Assembly (NCBI GenBank): GCA_964355655.1
Contig: CAYHDT010000002.1
Location: 15,598-79,597, forward strand
Direction: 5' to 3'
From: an uncultured Candidatus Saccharibacteria bacterium
GTDB taxonomy: Bacteria; Patescibacteriota; Minisyncoccia; Phycocordibacterales; SBAW01
DNA length: 64,000 nucleotides
The notes under the pieces are model-generated. The model was not told the origin of the DNA. It was given only the letters and a program-made list of their open reading frames with translations, and did no database searches. Shown here one piece after another: positions 9,575 to 18,163 of this stretch (position 1 is the first letter of the stretch; every line of letters begins with the position of its first letter). The position numbers and the translations under genes were made by a program.

Positions 9575-9919
9575 GTGTCCGCCGGATTTGCCGGTCAGGA
9601 GGCCTTTGAGCCACGGCGCCCAGGCGGGGGAGAGCAATATCACTACCAACACAAGAGTGGACGAAGCCGGCACCTCGCCGAGCAAGACCCGGATACACTG
9701 CCATATGCCGAGTGTGACCATGCACAAATACAGCCCCCACAGCGCGCGCGTGCGGGCATGCTCCATATGGTCGGCGCTCTCATCATACGTAAAAATGTGT
9801 TTGATTCCGCCAAAAAATCCCGCAAAAAACAAAAGGGCTCCGGCGGCTCCAGCCGCGCTTAACAGATATCCGATATACAGCAGCGGGTTTTGGACAAGTT
9901 GCAGGATAAAGTTTTCCAT
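9572..9919 (-). CDS. Small membrane protein (about 115 aa), hypothetical
   Basis: Start chosen at MENFILQ... The upstream in-frame extension has no support. 3 TM helices. Confidence 0.4.
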   Translation of the reverse strand: MENFILQLVQNPLLYIGYLLSAAGAAGALLFFAGFFGGIKHIFTYDESADHMEHARTRALWGLYLCMVTLGIWQCIRVLLGEVPASSTLVLVVILLSPAWAPWLKGLLTGKSGGH

Positions 9920-9967
9920 AGGTTGCCGATGGTATGCACCTAAAGTATATCGTACAATACAGGGTAT

Positions 9968-11326
9968 ATGTTCCTGCATGATACTGCGCACAGTGCAAAT
10001 GCCTGGATAGACGGTTGGCACGTAGAAACCATAGTGGTGGCGGGGACGGCCATGTTTGTTTTTGTACTGACTGCTCTCGTGGTCGACCCCGATGCAGTGC
10101 TGGCTGCCGGGAGCGCGCTTGTGGCTCTCTCGCCGTTGTGGTTGCCGGTAACTCTATTTGTTATATTTTGGAAGATATGGATGCATTACATCCGCTATGC
10201 GTACTGGTTTCGCCAGCCGATGACTCTGTTGCATATCGAGCTGCCGCCCGAAGTAGCCAAATCGCCGCTTGCGATGGAGCTTGTATTGGTAGGCCTGTGG
10301 AATAACGGCAGTGAAACAACATTCATCCAGCGCATATGGAAGGGACAATTCAGAGCCATTTCAACGCTGGAGTTGGTAAGCAATGAAGGCCGTATCGGCT
10401 ACTATATCCACCTGCGCAAAAATTGGAAGGAGTTTATAGAGGCCAGAATATACGGACAATTTCCCGAGGCAAAAATTACCGAGGTGACCCGCGACTATGT
10501 CGATGAGGTGCCGTACAATACGGAAGAGTACGACTTGTGGGGAACTGAGTACGCAAAGGAGAGCAGCCTCGCCGAGGCGCTGCCTATTCGCACGTACATC
10601 GACTACGGCCTCGACAAAAATACCGACACACCCGAGATACACGTCGACCCGATGACTAACATTTTGGAATTTCTTTCCACTATCAAGACAGACGAGTACT
10701 TGTGGATACAAATCGTGATGAAGGCGCGCAAAAAAGACGAGTGGTACGGTTTTTATACCGGCAACCACTGGCTGGACGACGCTAAGACGAATATTAAAAA
10801 AATTACCGAAGCGGCCATCGAGCGCGCGCGGGGACTGACCTCCGACGAGGCCGAGCAAAAAAAAGTAGGTTCTCGCGGCGCGATGCTCCTGACCGGCGGG
10901 GAGAAGCTGATGGTTGAGTCCATAGAGCGCTCGCTCACAAAACAGGTGTTCGACTGCGGCTTCCGCACGGTGTATATAGTTAAAAAAGGAAAATTCGACC
11001 TTAGCCGCGTCAACAACTTGGTGCGCTTGTGGGACCCGTTCCGCGGAGAGAATACCAACAAGCTTAGTGTAGCGAGAGGCAAGTCTATATTCGATTATCC
11101 GTGGCAGGACTGGGACGGCATCCGCGCGACCATGATAAGCAAGAAGATGTTCTTTTGGTACAAGCATCGCGCTTATTTCTACGTGCCGTATGACCAAAAA
11201 GAAGTGTGCATGACCACTGAAGAGCTGGCGAGCATTTGGCACTTCCCGAACTCCGAGGTTAAAACACCGGCGCTGCAGCGCGTACCCAGCCGCCGGGCGG
11301 CGGCTCCGTCGGGACTCCCTATTTAA
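9968..11326 (+). CDS. Hypothetical membrane-anchored protein (452 aa)
   Basis: N-terminal TM helices followed by a large soluble domain. The antisense ORF 10361-11347 is rejected because its Leu/Arg/Val-rich composition is typical of shadow ORFs. Confidence 0.5.
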   Translation: MFLHDTAHSANAWIDGWHVETIVVAGTAMFVFVLTALVVDPDAVLAAGSALVALSPLWLPVTLFVIFWKIWMHYIRYAYWFRQPMTLLHIELPPEVAKSPLAMELVLVGLWNNGSETTFIQRIWKGQFRAISTLELVSNEGRIGYYIHLRKNWKEFIEARIYGQFPEAKITEVTRDYVDEVPYNTEEYDLWGTEYAKESSLAEALPIRTYIDYGLDKNTDTPEIHVDPMTNILEFLSTIKTDEYLWIQIVMKARKKDEWYGFYTGNHWLDDAKTNIKKITEAAIERARGLTSDEAEQKKVGSRGAMLLTGGEKLMVESIERSLTKQVFDCGFRTVYIVKKGKFDLSRVNNLVRLWDPFRGENTNKLSVARGKSIFDYPWQDWDGIRATMISKKMFFWYKHRAYFYVPYDQKEVCMTTEELASIWHFPNSEVKTPALQRVPSRRAAAPSGLPI

Positions 11327-11327
11327 T

Positions 11328-11411
11328 ATGGTCCCGTTAGAGGCCACAAGTTTTTTATGATCAATAAAAATATTACTAGTATAATAGGGCGTCTGAGCCT
11401 CTAACGGGATG
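11328..11411 (+). repeat. Palindromic element copy 1 (ATG-g-TCCCGTTAGAGGC ... GCCTCTAACGGGA-TG), ending at the mltG start codon
   Basis: 13 bp perfect stem at 11332-11344 and 11397-11409, with a 52 nt AT-rich loop containing a TAGTATAAT box. The element is flanked by ATG on both sides. Confidence 0.7.
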
Positions 11412-12413
11412 GCTTGGCATCATACCCACCTTCCAACTTTTCATCGTGTGGCGGACTGGTACCGCAACCGCGACACCTTCGAGAAAGCGGCTATTAATCT
11501 TATCGCATGGGGAGGTATTTTGTGGATTTTATACGCGGCATTTTTGTCGGCTCCGTTCGGTTTTCCCAGCGGGGCGTACATAAACATAGAAGAGGGGATG
11601 GGGCTGCGGACTATTGCCGCGCGGTTCGAAGAGCGAGGCGTTGTCGGCAACGCCAAGCTTTTTGAGCTTATAACCCGCGTGCTCGGAGACGATAGGTATA
11701 TACCTGCGGGGCAATATTTCTTTTCCCGCAAAGACAATATGGTTTGGATAGCGATGCGGATATTGAGCGGCGATTTTGAGACGTCGCCGATACGCATCAC
11801 GATACCGGAAGGCTCTGCCATAAAGGATATTGTCAAAATTATGGTCAGAAAAGTGCCGGGATTCAGCCGCCAACAATTTGTCGAGCGTGCGCGGGAAGGG
11901 TATATGTTCCCCGACACTTATTTTTTCCGGCCCGGGCAATCTACCGAAGCGATATTGAGCGTGTTCGAAAACAATTTCCGCGTCAAATTGCTTAAAGTGC
12001 AAAAAGAAATTACCGCTTCGGACCACTCGCTCGATGAACTGCTGACAATGGCCTCGATTCTTGAAAAAGAGGCGTCTAAAACAAAAGACCGGCAGCTGAT
12101 AGCCGGGGTCCTGTGGCATCGCATCGACATCGGCATGCCGCTGCAAACAGACGCGACGTTCCCGTACTATCTTGGCCGCAATACGTTTGAAGTGACACTT
12201 GAAGACTTGCGTGCTGACCATCCGTACAATACCTATACCAATAAAGGCCTCCCTCCCGGTCCGATAGGGAACCCGGGGCTGGACTCTATACTGGCCGCCG
12301 CCACGCCCACGAAGACAAAATACGTCTTCTTTCTGTCCGACCGACAGGGAGTCTTCCACTACAGCGTGACATACGAAGGCCACCTGGCCAACAAAAGAAA
12401 ATATTTAGACTAA
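11409..12413 (+). CDS. mltG: Endolytic murein transglycosylase MltG (YceG family)
   Basis: N-terminal TM helix. YceG-like motifs LTMASILEKEASK and PYNTYTNKGLPPGPIGNPG. Confidence 0.85.
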   Translation: MAWHHTHLPTFHRVADWYRNRDTFEKAAINLIAWGGILWILYAAFLSAPFGFPSGAYINIEEGMGLRTIAARFEERGVVGNAKLFELITRVLGDDRYIPAGQYFFSRKDNMVWIAMRILSGDFETSPIRITIPEGSAIKDIVKIMVRKVPGFSRQQFVERAREGYMFPDTYFFRPGQSTEAILSVFENNFRVKLLKVQKEITASDHSLDELLTMASILEKEASKTKDRQLIAGVLWHRIDIGMPLQTDATFPYYLGRNTFEVTLEDLRADHPYNTYTNKGLPPGPIGNPGLDSILAAATPTKTKYVFFLSDRQGVFHYSVTYEGHLANKRKYLD

Positions 12414-12418
12414 TCTGT

Positions 12419-12703
12419 ATGCACTTAACTTCTCTGGAAATAATTCTTATCATCTCTACTGTGCTTGAATTTAACCCGCTATTTCAAGCGGTCAAAAGTA
12501 TTCGGACCAAAAAAGTTAATGATCTTTCGGTGTGGACATTCTTGTCTATTTTTGTAATTGGGGGACTATGGCTGTATTACGGCATCACTATTATGAGCGT
12601 TCCTCTTATTATCGGTAACACCATAAAACTTTTTACCGCATTAGTGGTTATTTTCATTTATTTTAAATACAGAAATAAAAATTTGGCTATAACTGTCAAA
12701 TAA
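12419..12703 (+). CDS. SemiSWEET-like PQ-loop small sugar transporter (3 TM, 94 aa)
   Basis: Architecture matches bacterial SemiSWEETs (NPLFQAVKSIRTKKVNDLS ... WLYYGI ... PLIIGNTIKLFTALVVIF). It sits in a locally AT-rich segment of about 40% GC. Confidence 0.55.
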   Translation: MHLTSLEIILIISTVLEFNPLFQAVKSIRTKKVNDLSVWTFLSIFVIGGLWLYYGITIMSVPLIIGNTIKLFTALVVIFIYFKYRNKNLAITVK

Positions 12704-12816
12704 AAAGATAATTTGGTTCCAACATATTCCCATACTGCCAGCTCGACATTTTAAATATTTTGTTGTAGTGTTTACTTTAGATTAAAAACGCTTCTTCGGG
12801 AGAAAAGGGGAGTTTA

Positions 12817-13104
12817 ATGGACGACAAATATTTATATCCTACGCCCGGGGGATTGTGGGCCATCAGACGCTGGGTTGAGGGCAAATGGATAACCCTTGTC
12901 CAAGATTCTTACATGGACGAGCCGGGGGCTATAGAGGCTATTATGCGCGTGCTGCGCATCCCGCACACTCAAGCGAGTCTTGATCGGTTTTTCCCTGTCC
13001 AAGCCGAGGCGGGCCGGTGTCCAACGTTGGAGCTCATGGAGCTCTGTAATGTGCTGGATCCGACCAACCCGCATATCAAGAACAGGAAGGAGTATGGAGT
13101 ATAG
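12817..13104 (+). CDS. Hypothetical protein (95 aa)
   Basis: ORF only. No motif recognised. Confidence 0.35.
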   Translation: MDDKYLYPTPGGLWAIRRWVEGKWITLVQDSYMDEPGAIEAIMRVLRIPHTQASLDRFFPVQAEAGRCPTLELMELCNVLDPTNPHIKNRKEYGV

Positions 13105-13167
13105 CGCACCAGCGGCCGTTAACGGCCGCTTTTTCTTTTGCAGCACACGGTATGGTATAACTTGCCC

Positions 13168-14379
13168 ATGTTTCTGGGGGATAAGAAAATATCACGCAAA
13201 CCTAAAGTGTTTGTAGGTTTAAGCGGCGGGGTGGACTCGGCTGTTTCAGCCGCTTTGCTGCAAAAAGAGGGCTACAATGTGACCGGCGTTTTTATACGCA
13301 TCGCAATCGACGGCTACCCGTGTACCGCCGGAGAAGACAAGCTTGACGCCATGCGTGTCGCGGCGCATTTAAAAATACCTTTTCGTACAATTGATTTGTC
13401 GGAAGAGTACAAAAAGAAAGTTTTTGATATTTCAATAAAAGAATTTGAGAAGGGGAGAACCCCAAACCCCGATGCGTTGTGTAACCGTGAAATAAAATTT
13501 GGCCTCTTCTTCGACTGGTGTATGGAGCAGGGCGCCGCCTTGGTCGCTACGGGGCATTATGCGCAAATTGCTCCAGCAAAATCTGTCCAGAAAAAGGTCC
13601 TCGGGTCTCCTGTCTCGGCCAAGACGGAAGAGGCCGGCAGGCCAGACCATTTTTCTAAACAGATTTTGCTTCTGGCTGGTGCAGATCCCGACAAGGACCA
13701 GTCTTACTTCTTGTGGGCCGTACCCGAAACAAAGCTGCGTAAAACGCTGTTTCCTGTCGGGAATTTAACTAAGCCGGAGGTGCGCAAACTGGCGACAGCG
13801 TTTGGTCTGCCGAATGCCGCTCGGAAAGACAGTCAGGGACTCTGTTTTCTTGGGCCTGTATCGATGGACGATATGCTCCGGCAGGAACTAGCACTTGTCC
13901 CCGGTGATGTGATTGATATGCAAGGCGCCCCCATAGGCCGGCACGAAGGCGCGGCCGCCTATACGCTCGGCCAGCGGCACGGGTTTGAGCTTAATGCTCA
14001 TACTCCCGATATTCGACCTCACTTTGTGGTGGCAAAAAATGTCGCGGCAAACACTATTACCGTGTCTACCGAGCGGTTTCCTCAATCTGCGACAGAAACA
14101 CAAATCGAGTTAAGCGATACTAATTGGATAGGGCCTTACTCCGCTGAAGCTACGGAGGGCAAAAAGCTTGCAGCAAGGTATCGTTATCGGCAAAAGCTTA
14201 TTCCGGCTGAGGTAGATTTTGACAAAAGCATCGTTACACTTTTTGAGCCGCACTTTGTGCCGGAAGGCCAGTCGCTTGTTTTGTACGACGGGCAGCGGTG
14301 TCTCGGCGGCGGTGTTATACTAACTGCCAAGTATGGCGATATTCATCGCGAAAGCGGACGGCACGCAAGAGCCGTATAA
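13168..14379 (+). CDS. mnmA: tRNA-specific 2-thiouridylase MnmA
   Basis: PP-loop VFVGLSGGVDSAVSA, catalytic CNREIKF region, and GLCFLG motif. Start chosen at MFLGDKK. Confidence 0.9.
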   Translation: MFLGDKKISRKPKVFVGLSGGVDSAVSAALLQKEGYNVTGVFIRIAIDGYPCTAGEDKLDAMRVAAHLKIPFRTIDLSEEYKKKVFDISIKEFEKGRTPNPDALCNREIKFGLFFDWCMEQGAALVATGHYAQIAPAKSVQKKVLGSPVSAKTEEAGRPDHFSKQILLLAGADPDKDQSYFLWAVPETKLRKTLFPVGNLTKPEVRKLATAFGLPNAARKDSQGLCFLGPVSMDDMLRQELALVPGDVIDMQGAPIGRHEGAAAYTLGQRHGFELNAHTPDIRPHFVVAKNVAANTITVSTERFPQSATETQIELSDTNWIGPYSAEATEGKKLAARYRYRQKLIPAEVDFDKSIVTLFEPHFVPEGQSLVLYDGQRCLGGGVILTAKYGDIHRESGRHARAV

Positions 14380-15175
14380 TCCGGAAAAACTTGTTTCCTC
14401 ACTCATGCGCGCCGGCGCTGAACAGCAATTGGCCCGCGATATTTCCCGCGCCGTCGAGTCGGAGCTCTACGCGGGCATTACCACTCAGGAGATTTACCGG
14501 CACGCTTTTTCCAAACTGCGCGAGTCCAGGCGGGGAGCGGCCGCCCGTTACAGCCTAAAGCGCGCGATACTTGAATTTGGCCCGTCCGGATTTCCCTTCG
14601 AAGCTTATATATCGGAGCTTTTCCGCGCCGAAGGAGCACAGACGCAAATAGACCAGATAATTAAAGGAGCGTGCGTCGAGCACGAAGTCGACGTAGTTGT
14701 GCATCAAAACGGTGCGATAACCTACGTGGAGGCAAAATTCCACAACGCGGCCGGTTTTAAGACAGACCTGAAAACAGTTCTGTATGTTAAAGCGCGCCTC
14801 GATGATATTGCCGCGGCCCGCAAACAAAGAGGTTTGCACGAGCCCATGCGCGGGTTGGTGGTGACTAACACCAAATTTACGAGTGTTGCCGCACAATACG
14901 CTTCTTGCGCCGGGGTTGAAATTTTGGGATGGGAAGAGCCGGACGGCAAAACTCTCCACGACCGCATAGACGCGGCCGGATTGTACCCCGTAACGGCGCT
15001 CACAACGCTCAATCGGCGCGAAAAAATAGCTCTTCTTAGCCAAAAAATAGTGCTCTGCAATGCGCTGGGCGCAGACACCCGGGCTCTTGCCAGGACCGGT
15101 ATAACGGGACAAAAGGCCGATCATGTGTTGGAAGAGGTGGGAGCCTTGTGCGTACCGGGTAAGGATATAGAATAG
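14333..15175 (+). CDS. ATP-cone domain fused to an Mrr-like (PD-(D/E)XK) restriction endonuclease domain
   Basis: N-terminal ATP-cone (MAIFIAKADGTQEPYNPEKLVSSLMRAG...). Mrr_cat-like core VDVVVHQNGAITYVEAKF. Overlaps the mnmA 3' end by 47 nt. Confidence 0.65.
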   Translation: MAIFIAKADGTQEPYNPEKLVSSLMRAGAEQQLARDISRAVESELYAGITTQEIYRHAFSKLRESRRGAAARYSLKRAILEFGPSGFPFEAYISELFRAEGAQTQIDQIIKGACVEHEVDVVVHQNGAITYVEAKFHNAAGFKTDLKTVLYVKARLDDIAAARKQRGLHEPMRGLVVTNTKFTSVAAQYASCAGVEILGWEEPDGKTLHDRIDAAGLYPVTALTTLNRREKIALLSQKIVLCNALGADTRALARTGITGQKADHVLEEVGALCVPGKDIE

Positions 15176-15187
15176 GGACGGGCCCCG

Positions 15188-15224
15188 CCCGTACCGAACG
15201 GTACGTTCGGTACGGGAATTTTAT
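15188..15224 (+). terminator. Strong intrinsic terminator
   Basis: CCCGTACCGAACG-gta-CGTTCGGTACGGG (13 bp perfect stem) followed by AATTTTAT. Confidence 0.7.
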
Positions 15225-15252
15225 AAAAAACGTTTAAATACAGCACAGCGGT

Positions 15253-15900
15253 ATGCAAGAAAAAAACAGCGGCACAGAGAAACAGGGAGGTTTGTCATGG
15301 TCTACGCCGGCTTCCTCTCCGGCTCAACCGCAAAAACCGGCACAAGCGCAGCAGAAGCCCCCGGCTTTCAGTAAGCCTCCGGCGCCGGCTGCCACGGCCT
15401 CAAGTTCGACAAAATACGCGGGTATGATAGCCGCCGGTATTGTCGCGGGAGTTCTTATCGCATGGGGATGGAGCGCGCTGCGCACTCCCGGCAGCAGCGC
15501 GCAGCAAGCGCAAAATAACGCCGCAACTACCTCTACCGACACCGGATTGGGTATCGGCACAAGCACGGTGCCGGCACTGGGCTCTGATCCGGCGCTCACT
15601 ATTGTGAGCCCGCAGCCTGCGGGGAACTCCGTCGCGGTCGCCAAGGCTATTGTTTCGGGCCCAACATGGGTTGTTATATACGAAAACAAAGACGGCCAGC
15701 CCGGCAATGCTCTTGGGGCGGCGCTCTTTTGGCCGGAAAAACAAAATGGAACCGTTGAACTTTTGCGCTCGACCATGCCGGGCAAATCGTACTTGGCGGT
15801 CAAGCAAACAGACAACGGCGACCGCAAGTTCTCTCTTAAGGACGATCAATTTCTGAGCGAGGGCGGAGCGGTGCAGTGGGTAACGTTCGAGACAAAATAA
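15253..15900 (+). CDS. Membrane-anchored or secreted protein with a low-complexity Pro/Ala/Gln-rich N-terminus
   Basis: PAQPQKPAQAQQKPPAFSKPPAPAA followed by a TM helix and then a soluble domain. Confidence 0.5.
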   Translation: MQEKNSGTEKQGGLSWSTPASSPAQPQKPAQAQQKPPAFSKPPAPAATASSSTKYAGMIAAGIVAGVLIAWGWSALRTPGSSAQQAQNNAATTSTDTGLGIGTSTVPALGSDPALTIVSPQPAGNSVAVAKAIVSGPTWVVIYENKDGQPGNALGAALFWPEKQNGTVELLRSTMPGKSYLAVKQTDNGDRKFSLKDDQFLSEGGAVQWVTFETK

Positions 15901-15921
15901 TCCCAGGGTACAATTACAACC

Positions 15922-16380
15922 ATGGGACTTGAAAACGAGTTTGTGTGGAGGTTGGCGGCAGCGGCTCTACTGGGGGCGCTGCTTGGCCTTGAGCGCTCCT
16001 TGGCGGGCAAGCATGCCGGGATGCGCACGTACGCGCTCGTTTCGATGGGCTCGGCGCTCTTTACCGTCTTGGGAATCGCCGCCAGCTACCAGTTCTCGAT
16101 GTTCCCCGGAGTAAACCCGCTGCAGCTCGCCGGTTTTGTCATCGTCGGCATCGGCTTTATAGGCTCGAGCCTCGGAGGCTTGGGCGGCAGCCATCCCGCG
16201 GAGCTGACTACCGCGTCGGGCGTCTGGGTAGCCGCCGGCATCGGCATTGCAGCCGGTTTCGGGTACGGGTCGGTTGCTTTTGCCGCTACGGTATTTGCGA
16301 TACTTATATTTTCGGTGCTTGCCCGCGTTGAACATAAAATACGAACCAAATTCGGCGAACGCTACGCTCAGCACGAATAG
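15922..16380 (+). CDS. mgtC: MgtC/SapB family membrane protein
   Basis: WRLAAAALLGALLGLERSLAGKHAGMRTYALVSMGSALF is a typical MgtC N-terminus. Confidence 0.8.
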   Translation: MGLENEFVWRLAAAALLGALLGLERSLAGKHAGMRTYALVSMGSALFTVLGIAASYQFSMFPGVNPLQLAGFVIVGIGFIGSSLGGLGGSHPAELTTASGVWVAAGIGIAAGFGYGSVAFAATVFAILIFSVLARVEHKIRTKFGERYAQHE

Positions 16381-16414
16381 GGAAATCGCCCCTCTTACGC
16401 TAAAATAGACCGGC

Positions 16415-16502
16415 ATGAGTCCCGTTAGAAATTGTGGAAGTATTAACTGGCAGGATTCTTTATTAGTATTTGGAAGCAAAGCTTCCTATTTCTAACGGGA
16501 TG
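16415..16502 (+). repeat. Palindromic element copy 2 (ATG-ag-TCCCGTTAGAAAT ... ATTTCTAACGGGA-TG), ending at the start codon of the Cas4-like nuclease gene
   Basis: Arms at 16420-16432 and 16488-16500, with a 55 nt loop. The stem extension covaries relative to copies 1 and 3 (AAT/ATT versus GGC/GCC and GAT/ATC). Confidence 0.7.
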
Positions 16503-17354
16503 AGCCAGTACTACAAGCCGAACCGCCAGCCCGACTACAACTTCGGCGGTCCAAAGTGGCGCCTGTCGCGTTCTAAAATAGACCTCTTTTTAGAATGTCC
16601 GCAATGTTTTTATATCGATAATAAGCTCGGTGTCGCCCGCCCGCCCGGCTATCCGTTTAACCTCAACTCCGCGGTGGACGAATTGTTGAAAAAAGAATTT
16701 GATATCCATCGCGCCAACGGCACGCAGCACCCCTTGGCCAAAAGCTACGGCGTAGAGGCAGTCCCTTTTGACGATCCTAGGATGGACGAGTGGCGCGACG
16801 CTTTGCGGCGCGGGATACAGTGCGTGCACAAAGCGACCGGGCTTACGGTGCGCGGAGGTGTGGACGATGTGTGGGTAGACAAAGACGGCCAACTTATCAT
16901 TGTCGATTATAAAGCGACGAGCAAAAGCGGCAAAATAGAATCTCTTGACGAAGAGTGGCACCGCGGCTACAAGCGCCAGCTTGAAATATATCAATGGCTC
17001 TTTCGCCAGAACGGATTTAAAGTCTCCGACACCGGCTACTGGGTGTACGCCAACGCGAGCAAGGACCGCGCGGCTTTTGACGGCAAATTGGACTTCGAGG
17101 TGACGCTCGTCCCTTACATCGGAAATAGCGACTGGGTCGAGGGGGCGCTGATTAACTTGAAAGCGTGTCTAGACAGCGATAGTATTCCCGAAGCGCTGTC
17201 CGATTGCGACTACTGCCGTTACCGGGGAGCCGCAGGCAAAGCGCTGTTGGCGGCTAAAAGTAAAAATGCCCCGACGCGCGAAGCGGTCAGCGTCCCGGCC
17301 AAAGTGTCGGGGAAAAATAACGACCATGAAAAGAAAACAAATCAGCTTTTCTGA
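16500..17354 (+). CDS. PD-(D/E)XK nuclease, Cas4/RecB-like with putative Fe-S cysteines
   Basis: LIIVDYKATSK (D..YK motif), QLEIYQW (QxxxY), N-terminal CPQC and C-terminal CLDSDSIPEALSDCDYC. Start set at ATG 16500 (MSQYYK); the tracked ORF starts at an upstream TTG inside the repeat. Confidence 0.7.
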   Translation: MSQYYKPNRQPDYNFGGPKWRLSRSKIDLFLECPQCFYIDNKLGVARPPGYPFNLNSAVDELLKKEFDIHRANGTQHPLAKSYGVEAVPFDDPRMDEWRDALRRGIQCVHKATGLTVRGGVDDVWVDKDGQLIIVDYKATSKSGKIESLDEEWHRGYKRQLEIYQWLFRQNGFKVSDTGYWVYANASKDRAAFDGKLDFEVTLVPYIGNSDWVEGALINLKACLDSDSIPEALSDCDYCRYRGAAGKALLAAKSKNAPTREAVSVPAKVSGKNNDHEKKTNQLF

Positions 17355-17595
17355 AAAAGTATACAGAGTAGTGGCGCGTATTCCGCGCGGCAAGACCATG
17401 AGCTACAAGCAGGTGGCCGCCAAGGCGGGCAACCCCAGAGCGGCCCGCGCGGTAGGCACACTTATGTCGCACAACTACGACCCAAAAATACCGTGCCACC
17501 GGGTTGTGCGCAGCGACGGAAAAATAGGCGACTATAATCGCGGCGGTCCGAGCCGTAAAATAGAGCTATTGCTCGAGGAGGCGTATAAACGCTAA
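17326..17595 (+). CDS. ogt: Methylated-DNA-protein-cysteine methyltransferase (MGMT/Ogt DNA-binding and catalytic domain)
   Basis: Active-site PCHRVV motif, preceded by the HTH region VAAKAGNPRAARAVGTLMSHN. Confidence 0.75.
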   Translation: MKRKQISFSEKVYRVVARIPRGKTMSYKQVAAKAGNPRAARAVGTLMSHNYDPKIPCHRVVRSDGKIGDYNRGGPSRKIELLLEEAYKR

Positions 17596-18138
17596 GGCTT
17601 CTTCAAACACCGCATCTTTCGACTGAGTCGCGTCAATTATTTTAAAAGGAACGCCTGAACTGTGCGCGTACTCATTTTCCGCCCCCGCAGCTGCAAGACG
17701 CTTTTCTACATCTATGCGCGAGGGGTCCTCTCCGAGGCGCCGGCGCAGCTCATCTTGGTCGGCAATATAAAGGAACAGGAAGAGCACCTTATTAATTTTG
17801 TTAACTTCTTGCGCGTAGCAAAACAACTTTTTTGGCGCCGTACCCGCTAAGAGGGGTATATATACGCCGCTGTCGAGCGCTTCGTCCACGGCGCGCCTCC
17901 GGGTCCCGTACCAGTAGGTAGTGTTGAAAGGCTTTTCGGCCCAAAGGAATTCTCCCGCATCCAGCTGTTTCTTAAATTCACCTTCGGATATATACGTTAA
18001 TTCTCCTTCGACATCCGAGGCACGCTTGGATCGAGTGGTAAAGCTTTCGAGGGGTTTGGCCCCGGGAATAGCGGCTTGAAGCTGCTTCATAAGTGTCGTT
18101 TTACCGCTTCCTGAGGCGCCGGTAAGTACGATAATCAT
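17566..18138 (-). CDS. gmk: Guanylate kinase
   Basis: P-loop LTGASGSGKTTL. GMP-binding motifs ESFTTRSKRASDVEGELTYISEGEF and NTTYWYGT. Confidence 0.75.
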   Translation of the reverse strand: MIIVLTGASGSGKTTLMKQLQAAIPGAKPLESFTTRSKRASDVEGELTYISEGEFKKQLDAGEFLWAEKPFNTTYWYGTRRRAVDEALDSGVYIPLLAGTAPKKLFCYAQEVNKINKVLFLFLYIADQDELRRRLGEDPSRIDVEKRLAAAGAENEYAHSSGVPFKIIDATQSKDAVFEEALAFIRLLEQ

Positions 18139-18163
18139 AGGGAGAGTATACTACGGCAACGCG

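Noticed and set aside
10361-11347. 328 aa ORF antisense to the 9968-11326 gene
   Set aside because: Leu/Arg/Val-rich. The + strand ORF has TM helices and a balanced composition, and is followed in phase by the palindromic element and mltG.
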